Assembly (NCBI RefSeq): GCF_009914755.1
Contig: NC_060937.1
Source: the human T2T-CHM13v2.0 reference genome, Homo sapiens
Reading direction: 5' to 3' (one strand)
DNA length: 64,000 bases
A program made the translations under genes and the position numbers. Below are positions 15,474 through 29,779 of this stretch, one piece after another. Below the pieces are notes generated by a model, which did not search any database, had not been told where the DNA came from, and was given only the letters and a program-made list of their open reading frames with translations. Position 1 is the stretch's first letter; every line of letters begins with the position of its first letter.

Positions 15474-18400
15474 TGCAAAAATAATGATTATATAATTTCC
15501 AGGCCCTCTAATGGATTTTTCAAATTAAATATGAGAGCAGGTAAATTTTACCCTTTAAAAACTCACAATGATTTAAAATTTAAAAATCGTCTGACCTGTT
15601 GAAGTATTTATTGAACTTCAAAAATCTTGCATTGAATTATATAACAAACAGAGCTTCACAGAGTGGTACAAAGTCATATGATTTTAAAATATTCAGGATG
15701 GAAATAAAGTGCAAACTGTTCTCCAACTTACTACTTCATATCCTTACAGAATTCTGACTTTAAAGGACATTTCTCATTTTGAAATCTGTACTGTAATCTA
15801 TATATAACCAATTTATATTATATTAAAATTTGATTTTCTAGTGTTTTTGTATTATTATGAAAGTATCACACATATAAATATCAAAAAAATAAAAATGAAA
15901 AGTAGAGCATTAATCAGAACAGTCTTCTAAGTAGTATTATATTTTACAGCTTTTTTTAAAAAAAATAAAACTATATACTGTCCACTCAGTAATAAAATTT
16001 TTGACCTGGGAGCAGCCTACTTTTTCCGGTTTGGGATCTGAAATGATTTGGAAGCTGTTATAAGTGATATTGCTTTGTAAACTCATTTTAGTTCAAAGTT
16101 AAACTTTATTGATAGGATTCTTAGGCAGAAGTTATACCTAAAGTATCAAGGGAAAATTGTACAAAATATTTTCTCTTGTACCTTTGAGTGACACAATGGT
16201 TAAACCTGCATGTGTCCAACGTTAGCGGTAATATAATAAGAGTTCACATCCGGGTTGTCACTTCTCCAACAGTAAGAAATATAAACAAGACGCTTAAGGT
16301 AAGCTACAAAAAATCCCAGGAAAATACACAAACAACTTTATGTTTTGAATACATGATATTTTTCAAAGGTCACCCACTCTAATGTTAGTTACAGTTTTAA
16401 CCAGCATAGTTATTTGATTTCTTTGAATACAATAGGCTTTCCTTTTCACATTAGAAATTGAGTAGGAGAGCATGTATTATATAAAAGGCTTGGAAAAAAG
16501 CACTGGTTGCTTTCAAAAGGCATGGACAAAACCAAAAAGACAGAGAAAATTTACCTCTGCTATCTTAGACAAAAAGAAAATTGCTTAATATATAGATTGT
16601 AAAGTAAAAACCAAGAAACAAACAAACCAACAACTCTATTTATCTCATTTGGACCAATGAGCATTAGCATGACCATAATTCCATAACTCACAGTAATATT
16701 TGCTGATACAAACTTGAGTTATCACTAAAAAACATGCCATGTTTAATTTATTTTATCGAGGAAGGAAGAGCTGTCTATTTTTTAAAAAGATGTCATTAAA
16801 ATATTTCATGTGGTATTTTTGCAAACTTTTGCCATGTAAAAAGGAAATAGTCATCTGTAAATATTCCTTTTAAAGAACTTTTAATTTCATCATAATCTCA
16901 AGTAAATACTATATTTCACTCTCATCTGACACATAAAATGCATGTTTTCAATGCTATAGTGAAAGATAACATCTTTCTATATCTTTTTTGAATTTTAGTC
17001 TTGCTTAAGTTTTGAGAATTACACTAAACAGTTAATACAACCATATAATCAAATTACTACAGTTTTCAGTGACAGTAGTAATGGCAATTTCTGGGAAATC
17101 CACATAATGTGAAATAGAAACCTGAATCTTCACCTTTCTTTTAAATAACACCCATAAACATGAAGTGGAAATGAACTCCTTACTATTGCTATTGAGCAGA
17201 AATAATGTCCTTCATTACTTCTCCATAATTGTATGTAATATTAAATCGTATTGAGAGTAAATACCCACGTATTTATGTAATTTCTCTTGACTTAATAAAT
17301 GAATGTGTATGCAATTAATATGTTACTTAAATATTTGCCATTACTTGCTATATTTTTCCAGTCAACCCCAATACTTAATATACATTCGCTGCCATGGTTC
17401 AGTGCTTTTATATTTCATAATTTTTATAACTTGGTTAAGTTTTGTGCTTGTATCACATTCTAATTCCTAAGAGTTCTTTTACTGTGTATATTCCATTTGT
17501 CTTTTTAACAATTTTATTTAGTTTATATAAATAATATTTGTATATAGGGTGTATTTTTGAATGTCATAGTTTACCATGCGCTGAACAATCATCCTTAACT
17601 AGGGAATGACTCACGTTTTGCAATTCAAAAATAATGTTCATAACTCTTTAGGATTAATAGTTATAAATTTCAAAAAATAATATGAACTAGAAACATATGT
17701 TGAGAAAGCTTTTACTATAAACAAACATGAGAATGTATAAGTTGTATGTAGGGAGAAATACAAAAGAACCTACAACAGAACACTAAAATACTCAACTTAT
17801 GAGAGAGTTACATGAGAAGAAACTTAGCAAAGTGAATTGGCAAAATGTAGTTAAGAGAGAGACCAGAAGATTACTGTGTCATAGAGATCAAAAGAAGACT
17901 TTAAGTAAATAAATACAGAATTAAGATAGACAGTAGTGACAAGAGGCCAAGTAGAATAAACCTAAAAGATGTCTGTTAGAGAAAATGACAAAGAACCCAT
18001 CAGTATTTTGAAGAAGTTTGCTGTGAAGGAGCAGTGGGCAAAGAGGTCAGGTCATAGTGAGTTGAAGGCTAATTTAGGAAAAAGAAAGAGGCGGCATTAA
18101 ATATAACCCTCTAGGTCAGCCAGGATTCAATTTATTTTCCCTGAGTACTTTTTTTCAAATAAAGGATTAACTTCATATTATCATAATATGCTGAGAGGTT
18201 TTAAAATGATGCAAGAATTAAAGTAAAACGTTTAATTTTTGCTACTAATGCAGAGGCTTAGTAACATTTAAAATTTTTTAAATCTTGGTATTTGAGGTTG
18301 CAAAACTGCCCAAACCTCAAAATTTCTGGATTATCTCTACTACCCTTAATTCCTGCTTGAAAATCAGCCAATTTATTTTTGAGATCATGTCTTAGTTGAA

Positions 18401-19402
18401 TTATTTTATCCAATGCAGCCTCCAACATCTAATATATGATATCACTCTTTTCTCCTTTAAGAGTTCATTGGGTGCATGATCTGGATTTTGGGTCATCTCA
18501 ATCAACAATTTAAACAATCTTTCTCCACCACCTAATGGGATCTCCATCAATGGGTCTTCTAAAAACCTTTTTGAGGCCTGTATGCTAATATTTAAACCAT
18601 GCTACACAGTTTATCATTTTTTCTTATGAAACAATTCTATTCCGAGGAATCAATTTCTGTACCAGGAAGGGTAGTTTAGGTTCTACTGGGGTAAGAAGCA
18701 GACCCAAATATCTCAGTGATTTACTTTATATGATCATGCTAATAATAACTACACCATTGTTAGAGGTTTGACTAGAAGGGAAAAGATCAAGTGAAGTTGG
18801 AAGGGAATAAGATATGAAGAAAATCCTAGTATTACAAGATCTCTTACGTTTTTTTATTTATGATGATGTTTGTTTGTATAAGATGAGGGATATATAAATA
18901 TATCTGGGTGCTGATGAGAAGGAATTTGGCACCAGAGAGAAAGAAAAAGAGAGGGAAAACATAAATGAAGATAAGTCACTGAGAAGTTGAAGAGATTAGA
19001 AGCCATTTACTTCTAATCTCTGGAAGAGGACAACCTCTTCCAGCTATAGGTTATGAAGCGGGGGAAGATACAGAATGATACACAGTTTGTAAGATTTTTA
19101 TTTTAAAATATCATACCTGATAGTTTTGGGAGAATGGTTTGTTTGACTTTGATTTTCCCTGTGATTACTAAGCAAGTTAATCTCCTTGCTTCGAATAACT
19201 ACTCGAATAACTATTCGAATGAATTTTAAGGTTAGATATACCTGAAATCACAGAAGAGAAGAAAGTAAGTTAATGGGCTAACAATGGAGCTCTTCAGTAT
19301 CTATAAGGAACTTTGGATTAAAAATAGAAGTAGTTTTGTGATTGAATTCCTCCTGTGCCCCTAAAAAAACTGTGCTTAGGCTCAAAACATGAGAAACACA
19401 CT

Positions 19403-19450
19403 TTCTCCTCTGTCTCTGTCCCTCTCTCTGTCTCTCCCTCTCTCTTTCTC
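19403..19450 (+). repeat. (TC)n/(TCTCTG)n microsatellite
   Basis: tctctgtctctgtccctctctctg... Confidence 0.8.
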
Positions 19451-19991
19451 CAAGTGAGCAAACAAGTTTCTTAACCTGTTTTGAAAGCAAACTAGTGAGG
19501 AAATAATACTGTAATATATTTTGGCAATAAAATGTGTAATTTTATGAACATGGAATATAGTCATGGGAAGTAAAAAACATGAAATTAGACCATGAAAAAA
19601 TTACATTGAGAGGCTCCAAAGCAAGGGATAGTCTAAGATAAGAAAATGATGGATTTAACAAGTATTCTGAAAGGATGACTGATGAAAGAGATTAAAGTGT
19701 TTGAATGTTTATTTTACCATATGTTTGAACATATGATTTCCAGGTTGGGTCTACACCAAAAGTAAACATTCTACGCTATTTGTGAATTTAAATTCCAATA
19801 GAAGCAAAACATAGATTACCAATATACTTGGAAAGGGTTACTAAAATAATGCAATTAATGAGGAAAACTTCAGCAGCATAATTATAAAAAAGGACCCCCC
19901 ACACCCGCCACACACACAATTCACAACAATCTAGGAGTGTCTGCTGAAAGCCAAAGTATATGTATATACATGGAATTAGATCACCTTCTTC

Positions 19992-20057
19992 TCTCTTATT
20001 CATTTATGATGAATGATAATCAATCTCTTATTCATTTATGATGAATGAAAATCAATC
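19992..20057 (+). repeat. Tandem duplication, ~32 bp x2
   Basis: tctcttattcatttatgatgaatga(t/a)aatcaa repeated. Confidence 0.85.
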
Positions 20058-20649
20058 ATTTTCTCTGTTAATACAATTTGGATACAATTTACTGTTAATT
20101 ACTATTTAATGGATGCATAGCTATTTTTTACCATGTGAAATTTACATGTTATATTATCTTCTTGTCTGGTTAATAAATGAACTTTATTTAATTCTGTTTA
20201 CATCAACTAAATATAAAATTATTATTTGAGATATACATTCCAGTACATAAAAATAAAAATGTTCTTTCCATGGTGATTTTTAGTAAATTCTGAACTAAAA
20301 TAGAGGCATCTATTGTTTTTATATGACTTTGATACTGAGTTTGTAACTCAGCAAATATATTGGTTTTATCTTGAAAATAAAGTTAAATTTTATTCAGAAC
20401 ATTTTAAGGCAGAACAAGTACTATATTATTAATATTTAAAAACATATATCTATTGATTAATGTTAGCCTTTGAGAAAATTTGAGAAATGCAGTTGTATGT
20501 ATAAGTTTGCACTATACATATAATCATCACAGGTCTACAGTTTTGTTAGCTTGGTCAAAACTTTTTTAGTCTATTTATATTGGAATAGAGTTACTAAATT
20601 TAAAAAAATTCGGCTGGCCATCTTCTGTTAAGATTCAACTGGCCATCTT

Positions 20650-21110
20650 CTGTTTATCCTTTCACATCCACTCTACCCTTCGTTCTGCTCACTGCCTGGG
20701 GAAACTGGCCTATATGAGTTATAGCAATAGTTTTCTTTACTCTCTGGCTTCAAATTTGGTTAAAGATAAATCTACTAAGAGATTACCGTGAGGGAGAGTG
20801 AAGCCAGTACATTCCCTTACCTTTCCCCCACAGCATTGCCTTGGATTGGCTGCATCCTCGTCCAAAAGTTAATGCTTCTCTCAAGGCAACTCTTTCTATA
20901 TAACTCTCCATTTAGGGGTTTGGTAACAACTTGCTTCCTTTCTGTGGGAGGATTACAAGCTCTGTTATTAATCCCCACTAGCCCACGTGTTTCCTCTATT
21001 GCCTATCCATACTCTTCTAAATACTTCCCCTTATTACTTTAGTTCCAGTAACTAAAGTTCCTGTTACACTAATATAAATGAACCAACTATTTCCAGCTGG
21101 TACTTTGAAT
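20650..21110 (+). mobile_element. LTR33-like ERVL LTR (old)
   Basis: ctctctggcttcaaatttggtt...gagattaccgtgagggagagtgaagccag resembles the LTR33 core. Confidence 0.5.
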
Positions 21111-21412
21111 ATTACAAGGACATATTTTCCAAGGAAATTATGCTAATTTGCTGCATATTGTTAAAATATGGTATAATAATATTAGATAATCAATTTTCTG
21201 AGATATAAAAATTATAGTGTATTGAAATTTCCTTTTTTATGTAATTCTGTCTTTTCCCCTAAGCCACATATGAGATTAATTCTATTCTTATTTAAACTGT
21301 AGCATCAAATCACCATTGTTTAGAAACATGTTGGTAAACACATATCAAAAACTTGAATTACATCAGTAATGGTATAAGTGATAAGGAAAAAAGTTAAGTA
21401 ACTGTAACTGCA

Positions 21413-21783
21413 TGATGTGGCTTGTCTGCATCCCCACCAAAATCTTAACCTGAATTATATCTCCCAGAATTCCCAAGTGTTGTGGGAGGGAGCCATGGGG
21501 GAGGTAATTGATTCATGGGTGTTGGTCTTTCCGGTGCTATTCTCATGATAGTGAATAAGTCTCATGAGATCTGATGCGTTTATCAGGGGTTTCCGCTTTT
21601 GTTTCTTCCACAATTTCTCTTGCCCTGGCCATGTGAGAAGAGCCTTTTGTCTCCGGCCATGATTATGAGACCTCCCCAGCCATGTGGAACTGTAAGTAAA
21701 ATTAAGCGTCCTTTTCTTCCCAGTCTCGGGTATGTCTTTATCAGCAGAAAAAAAAAAAAAAAAAAAAAAAAAAGACTAATACA
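21413..21783 (+). mobile_element. THE1A solo LTR (MaLR)
   Basis: tgat...ctcccagaattccc...gtgaataagtctcatgagatctgat...cagtctcgggtatgtctttatcagcag...gactaataca; 5-bp TSD ctgca/ctgta. Confidence 0.93.
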
Positions 21784-22239
21784 CTGTATTACTAAAATAA
21801 TAATAAGACAATCAAATGTTATTTTAACAGGTTAAACTTAGGTAATAAATTGTTTCCCATTTAAATTGCTTTCCTCTAAAACTTATTCCTTTCATTTTTA
21901 ATACCTTCAACTGAATAACCAAAACGGGAAATAAAGGCATGAATCTAGAGACTTTCATCTTGTTCAGCTCTCTCCAATTTGTCACTATAATATAAGCTAT
22001 AAACATCTTTACCATCTCTGTGATATATCCCTTTATTTTCACCAGGACGACCAATGCATTGGGCTTAGGTCTCACTGTCTTCCAACCAGAAAACTGTAAC
22101 ATTAATCTTAATTATTTTCCTGTCATGCACTAACCATTTAAATTAAATAAATGTTGAAATTTGTGAATTGGTTTCCTTGTAGTTCCCTGCGGAAGATTAT
22201 ATCTGAATCATTACAAGAAAGAAGAAAGATACTTATACT

Positions 22240-22400
22240 ATGGATTGGGGGCAAGTTAGTTCTAGCCAGAAGTAACAGTCAATGAGACGGCCCTAAGGTT
22301 CGGGATTGCATCTGGCAGAGTGAAGGAACAGAGGAGAGGCCATTGTGTGATTAGAATTGAGTGAGTAACAGAAAGAAAGGTAGGTAGCAAAGTCAGAAGT
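22240..22400 (-). mobile_element. L2 fragment
   Basis: ttctagccagaagtaacag...gaaggaacagaggagaggccattgtg...gagtgagt, a typical L2 antisense motif. Confidence 0.5.
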
Positions 22401-22630
22401 CATGCCCACAATTTAAGGGTCCAACATGAAATTTACATTTATTAAAACTAACATTCTACTGCCTATAACTTATTTACATGTTCACAGGTATCTGCAAAAA
22501 AAAAAAAAAAAAAAGACTAAACCAGGCTATTGCAATCATTATTTGAAAGGCCATTTACCAAGATAAAATACTTTTACTGTGGGCACATTAAACATCAGAA
22601 GTCAGAGTTGAATAGAGTTTCTATCACATT

Positions 22631-22678
22631 GTGTGTGTATGTTGTAAGTGTGTGTGAGAGAGAGAGAGAGAGAAAGAG
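22631..22678 (+). repeat. (TG)n(AG)n microsatellite
   Basis: gtgtgtgt...gagagagaga. Confidence 0.85.
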
Positions 22679-22812
22679 ATTTTATATTTTTTAAATTGAA
22701 TTGCACTGTTCTGGTTAAAGTAATGGAGATGGGAGATTATCTCTCTCAGTCTCTGTTTGTAGGATCCACTATATCAGTAATCTTGTAAATACCAAGTAAC
22801 ATAATAAAGTAG

Positions 22813-23318
22813 TAAGTACACCCTTATCTATGGAGGATACAATCCAAGGTCCCCAGTGGACACCTTCGAACCCTATATATAGTGTTTTTTCTATACATAC
22901 ATAAATATAATGTAAATTAATTTATCAATTAGGTATAGTTATATATTAATATAATCATAAAACAATATGTCAACATCACTACTCTTGTGTTTGAGGCCAC
23001 TATTAAGCAAAGTAAGTATTACTTGAACACAAACATGCAATACCTTGATGGCTGTTCTGATAACCAAGATAACCACAGAGTGATTAATAGACTAGGAGTA
23101 TTGATATAGAAGGATGTTGGACAAAGGGGATGATTCACAATATGGACAGGACAGATCAGTGTGGCATGAGATTTCATTATACTACTCAGAACAGTGCTTA
23201 ATTTAAAACTTAAGCATTGTCTGTTTCTGGACTTTTTCACTGAATATTGTTAGGCCACAGTTGACTGTGGGCAACTAAAACTGCAGAAATTGGATCTGCA
23301 GAGAAGTGGGGACTACTG
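22813..23318 (+). mobile_element. MER44B-like (Tigger7-derived TcMar MITE)
   Basis: cccttatctatggaggatac...ccccagtgga...ggacaaagggatgattcac...tttaaaactta...ggggactactg with terminal inverted ends. Confidence 0.85.
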
Positions 23319-24139
23319 GAGAACTAATTTAGTAGATTATGTTATAATAGATAAAACTTGAGAAATTAAACTAGAATGTTTGGAAATCATTTTAGAAAAT
23401 TATATCTGATACAAAATAAATGAGATTGTAACTGTATTCTTTTATAAGTAGTTACATATGAAACTGCATTTTTAAAGCATGGGTTTATTTATTTATTTAC
23501 TATTTACTTTTCATGAGTCAGGCTTTGCTTCACGGTGGTGAATTTTATATGGCTTGTGTTTCAGGAGGGAGTCAATGGGATAAACTGAAGTGACTCATCA
23601 AGAACATGTAATAAAACCCTCAAACACAGATTACATTATGAATAAAATTAACTGCTGAAAAAGAACGGAAAGCAACAGATGATCATCAAGAAAAGATGAA
23701 ATTTAAGTAATCAGGTCTGTTATTGACTAGGAAGTTGAATTTCAATCTAAACTTCCATGTAAGATGCAAAAATATGGCTGATGAATATAAGATTTTCTAA
23801 TGTTTCTTAAGTATATAAGAACATTTTTATATGCAAAAAAGAAAAGGTGACTAATGATAATGTTACACATAATGCCATGCTGAGATCATCTCCCAAAGTT
23901 TAAGAACTTATAAGAGGATTTGGGGAAAAAAACCTCAAAGAATGTAAGAATATGCATATATATTTCAGATATTTCATCTGATAAAAATCATCTGAAGTTG
24001 ATTTTTAATCTAGTAGAAATCTCCAACAAGGCTGATACAAGACAAAGAAATTTTCTCTTAGACAAGCTTGAATGATAAATACTTCAAACATTTAAAATAA
24101 CTCGATTTTAAAACATTGAAACTAATCATGGAAATAGGG

Positions 24140-25300
24140 AGATCAAGTAGTTTTTGCTGCATAACAAACCACCTGAAAAATCAGTGGCTCTAAAAAAAAG
24201 TATTTATCATTGCTAATGAGCCTACAGCTAAACTGGATGGATATAATGGGTCTTTTGGCATCAGCCATGCTCACTTATGCCTTGGGTTAAGCTGGCAAGA
24301 ATACTGAGGGCTGGCTGATCTAGGATGATATCACCCCATGTGTGGAGGTTGGCTAGCTATTTGTCAAGTGGTCTTGTTCTGATGGCATGGTATATATCCT
24401 AGAGAACAGAGTAAAATGAGTAAGGCCTTTTGAAGCCTAGACTGACCAGACTCACTAACATTCTAGCACTTCTGATTCATCATATTGGTCAAAGCAAGTC
24501 ATAAGGCCAGCTTAGATTCAAGCAGTGGGAAATAGACCCCTTTTAATGAAGGAATAAAGCATTGCATTGACCGTGGATAGAGGGAGGGACAATTCCAAAA
24601 ACCAATTTCTCATGCTCTTCCCTGCGGTCCTAATAATTCACACCCCTTATACGTGCAAAATACATTCAGTTTACCTCAAAAGGCGTCAAACATACATCCA
24701 GTCATAACATCAGGATCAAAATTCATAATCTTATGATCAACATCAGCCCAGACACAATTACTGAGATTATCATCTTTTGATATGGGGACTCATGAATTAA
24801 AAAATATTATCTGTCCCCCAACATACCCAGGATACAATGAAGAGGCAGGATAACTACCATAGATATTTCCAGTTATCATGAGGAGAGGAAAATGGGAGGT
24901 ATAATACTATCACTGTAGATCTATAGAAATTTTAAACTACATCTGAGTCTATCTCAAGAGTAAGAAGTGTTACAAGAACAGACCGAGTTTCTACTTCCTG
25001 GAAATCTCTCTCAGTCCATTGATTTATAGCACTCTTGGTTTCTCCCTCCGGGACATTTTTTTTAATTCATTGATCTCATTGGTTACTTTGAAAATATTAC
25101 CTGCACAAAAGGATAAATATCTTTCTGAGATCAATCCAAATTCATAGCAAGTTAAAGCCAAGAGATATTTTTACAATTTGAATAATTTTCAGACCCTTTA
25201 ACCCTACTGGATGCTGGGGCTATTAATCAACAAAACCCTTTCAACAAATATTTGGGTTTCCGATATGTCCAGTTATAGTTAATTCCATTTAACTAAACCC
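24140..25300 (-). mobile_element. Old MLT1 LTR plus adjacent MLT1 internal sequence
   Basis: ttgctgcataacaaaccacc...cagtggct; ggtcaaagcaagtcataaggccagc; then atctgtcccccaacatacccag-type internal motifs. Confidence 0.65.
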
Positions 25301-25809
25301 ACATAGAACAAGCTCAAGAACTCTTAAACTTCCCAATCTCCCAAATTATGTTAAATCTGTGAGATATAATATAATTTAGCTAGAATTATCTGCAGTGTTT
25401 ATGTTTAAAGATTTATAGATGTAATTTTCTGATTTGATAGATGATAATTGTTTTCAGAATAGTCTTCCTACTATCGAAATTGTAATAAAATTAATTTTTA
25501 ATAAAAAATTAGCAAAGGTAAAGAATAAAAAAACATAAAATATAGTTTATAAAGGTTTCTAAAAAAACATTGGTGACAACAGGACTTGTGTGGTAAGAGG
25601 CTAGAAATGAAGGAAGTTCAAAGATATGGGCCATTTATTGGGCACTGTTTTTCACCTCAAGCCATTTGTGAACTGGAAAGTCGTAAGCTGTAAGATTGAA
25701 AAGCAGAGATTTTGATAGGCTATTGAGGCTAAGAACAAAAAAACTTCACTTCGGTGGTGTTGGAAAAGGCAGTTATTTGGAGACTGCCAATCCTCGCATG
25801 GTTTCATAC

Positions 25810-26365
25810 AAGTGAGCCTCTAACCTGGAACATTTTCTTACCTGGAAATAATGAGCCCTCACACCCTGTTCTGGGCATCTTACCTTTTTTGAGAATATCT
25901 TTACCTGTTTCAGGTTTGATGGGTACTTGTTTCTACTTAAATGTCTGTATCATATTGCACCTGGCCAAGTTCACTGCTATATCTGTCCCGGAAGGGGAAA
26001 AAACAGAGTCCTTCACTTCTAGTACAAGGTGAGTGCATGTAGACCATCTCCCTGCTTTAGCTACAGGGCAATATCCACTAACCACGGGGAACTAAAACTC
26101 ACTATTAAAACAACTAGCCATGGAGAACTAAAGCTCACCATTGAAGCAAAACTTGTTCTATTCTCTATGTGAGTAAAGCATCAATTCATCTAGTGTCTGT
26201 CTGATTTGTGGCATTCTTGATGATCCTGACATCTGTAAATCATACAGTGGGTTTACACCCTGAAACTGCTGCTCATGGTGGTAGTTATTGTTACGTTCTT
26301 TGCTATCCTTCATGAAGTGGAACTCTTACCCTGGAAGTGGTAATAGTTGTCACTTGCTCAATAAG
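25810..26365. mobile_element. Probable old ERV LTR, family undetermined
   Basis: GC-richer block embedded in L1-like sequence, with an agtaaa poly(A)-signal-like motif. Confidence 0.3.
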
Positions 26366-26599
26366 TGGATACTAAGAAAGAAGGTAAAGGATAGCACCTT
26401 GGGATTTTTAGTTGAGACAAGTTAGAAGTAAGAACAAACAGCAAAATTAGCAGCCAGGACCAATCCTAAAACGCAGAACAAACAGTAAATTTAACAGCCA
26501 GGAACAAGTCTAAAACACAGAGTAAATAATTTTTATTGTGATTGGCTTAAGGTGTTTTGTCTCTTTACTGCTTAGCATAAGCAAAACAAATTCCTCCCA

Positions 26600-26980
26600 G
26601 AGGTTGAAAATATGACTGGTGACCCAAACATTTCTGTATAATTATGCACATGTCTCTGACATCAAATGAGGAAAAAAAAGTCATGCAAATGCACAAAATT
26701 GACTAAAAACCAAGAAAACAAATGAACAATACATATAGTTGCAAACTATTTAGCTATTTTGATCCAGACATTTGATGTATCAAACAAACAAGGACTTTGA
26801 AATAACTGCATTTAATATGGCTGGCAAATGAAATGACAATGTGAAGAATTGTAACAGACAAGTGAAAATTGTCAAGTAACCTAGTAGAATTTACAGAAAT
26901 GGAAAAAAAATGTGGTCTAATTGATGGGACTCTCAATAGATCGGATAGCCACTTCTACATTGCATAAAGTGTGAAAGAAA
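26600..26980 (+). mobile_element. Old L1M ORF1 remnant
   Basis: gatccagacatt...aacaaggactttgaaataactgcatttaatatg. Confidence 0.5.
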
Positions 26981-26984
26981 GAAG

Positions 26985-27277
26985 AGCGTGGGCGTGGTGG
27001 CTCATGCCTGTAATCCCAGCACTTTGGGAGGCCAAGGCGGGCGGATCACGAGGTTAGGAGATCAAGATCATCCTGGCTAACATGGTGAAACCCCGTCTCT
27101 ACTACAAATACAAAAAGTTAGCTGAGCGTGGTGGTGGGCGCCTGTAGTCCCAGCTGCTCGAGAGGCTGAGGCAGGAGAATGGCGTGAATCCGGAAGGCGG
27201 AGTTGGCAGTGAGCGGAGGTCGCACCTGGGCGACAGAGCGAGACTCCGTCTCAAAAAAAAAAAAAAAAAAAAAAAAA
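26985..27277 (+). mobile_element. AluY with a ~14-bp internal deletion
   Basis: AluY diagnostics; gaggtcgcacctggg lacks ccactgcactccag; long A tail; imperfect TSD ...aaagaaga. Confidence 0.95.
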
Positions 27278-29196
27278 AGAAGATACGACTGGTGATATAA
27301 TGAGAAAATGAAAGTAATTCTCCACAACTCTTACGCTCTGCTAAAGCAGCCTGAACTTTAGTGAACAGAAATGCACTGCATCGTTCTTTGGTTAAAGTAG
27401 GATGCTACAAATGTGTCTGCAAGTTAGAAATGATCTTTGCCACCTCCATCACTACAGAATTTCATGTTAGTGCTATTTAGCTTGTGTATTTTCTCACAAC
27501 TGATGTATTTTTTCCTTTTTAATTTAACAGACTTCTAGTTTATTTGTAAACTCATTTTATATAGATATGTATCTAGGATGAGCATTAATGAAGCAATAGT
27601 GATGTGCTTAGATTCCACAAAAAGCTATATGGAGACTTAGTATATTAAAAAATATAGTAATGAAATTCTAAACACAAATTCATGCTTTATAATCTCGTTT
27701 TACAACTTGAAACATTCACAAATCACACATTTACATATTGTGTATCAGATATCAGATATTGTTGTCTTATAGAGAGAATACAGTCATTTCATTCTGTTTC
27801 CTAAATAGGAGATTAATAATAAATTTATGAATAAACAACTAAATCAACCCAACTCATTTTATGACTTATTAGTATTCTCATTATAATGACATAGTAAACA
27901 TAGGTGGATGTAGCACATAACAATCATTCCGAGAAAAAGAATGAATACATCAATATTGATAGAACAAAGCGATTAGAAAGATGATTATTTGGAGACAAGC
28001 CTTAAATCATGAGCAGGAACTGTTTACAAAAGAGTCTAGAATGTTAAGTTAAAGAGTAATTTGGTTTTACTAACTCCTATATTCTTTATCTCTCAATTTA
28101 GATGTCACTATTTTCAGGAAATAATTCTCCCGTTATACCTAACCCCTGTATATAACTTCTAAAATTTGAATTTCTAACAGCTAATTCAAATTTAGGTTGT
28201 CAATAACTTTTCATTTGCAGTTTCTTCTCACATCTCCTACCCTATTTCTCCTGCCTCAAACTTGTAAGTGATTATTTTTGTGTTCATCCTGTCTATTCCA
28301 AGTGTCACATGCTAAAAACCTGAAGGCAGTTCTGTTACCACCTTCATTTGTTCACTAGGCTCAGTATATCCCATGTCCAGTCTATGCCCCTTCTTCTATA
28401 TGAAATAGATTCACTCTCTTCATTTATTTTTTGCCCACAAAAATTTCAGCCCAAACCATGATCTCTCACATTCTTTCTGTTCTCATTGCATTTTGTTACT
28501 AACCCCTTGGTACTCTGTGTCATCCACTCTGGGAACACATCCAAATGTGTTACTCCCATATTGACATCTTTCAGTGAATTTCCACAGTTCATTAAAAATA
28601 TTTTGATGGCCTAAAAAAAGTATTTTCATGGCATTTAAAAACATTTATGATCAGACTCGTGACTATGTCTCCAATTTTATTTTTCATGTTAAATCTCTAC
28701 TTTCTTTGAATTTGTTTTCCATTTACTCTATCCTCTCAATTCACATATCATGGTCCTCAGCTAATTTAAGATAGCAACATAGATTGTAACCTTATGTACT
28801 TTTTCTCATATATCTGTCAGTCTCCTTTCTCTCTTTTCTCCTCCCCAAACTCCATCTCCTTTTCTCTCACTCCTCTCTCTCCATATATAAATATGTGTGC
28901 CTATGAGTGTGTGTGATATGAGCGCATACTCTATACACACATATATGATAAAAGCTATTAAACATATATATATCACATATAATTATTTTGTCATATATAT
29001 TTCTGTATATGAAACATGGTTGATTATACTCATATTTTATTTTTTCATTAATGGGCACCTTATTGTGTCCATTAGCTTTAAAAGTATTTTCCTTCTTTCA
29101 GTTCTGGAAAAATTGCAATTCTTTTTTTTTAATTTCTAAAGGCTTCTAAAGAGTAATAGTAGCTATTCTACAAATAAATAAGAATTTTACTTGTAG

Positions 29197-29512
<316 letters not shown>

Positions 29513-29779
29513 TGTAGTGTATATTTTCTCAACAATATTAGACTGTAGAAAACACCAGACATTCTGAAAATATTAATTTTGACATAGAATGTAATAGCAA
29601 ATTATGTTATCAATTGAAATTGTGACCTATAAAAAATACACTCTCTGACATGCAAGGGATCTCATATTTTTCTTATGCTTTCTTAACATCTTTTAAGGGT
29701 CAGAATAAAGATAAAAATAACACAAAGAATTATGCTAGTTAACCACTCCTTGCAAAAAATGGTGAAAAAAAAAGCTTTT

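Noticed and set aside
13450-16305. Isolated splice-like signals (acceptor ~13471, donor aaggtaag ~16297)
   Set aside because: No coherent exon chain or coding frame; such motifs are common by chance
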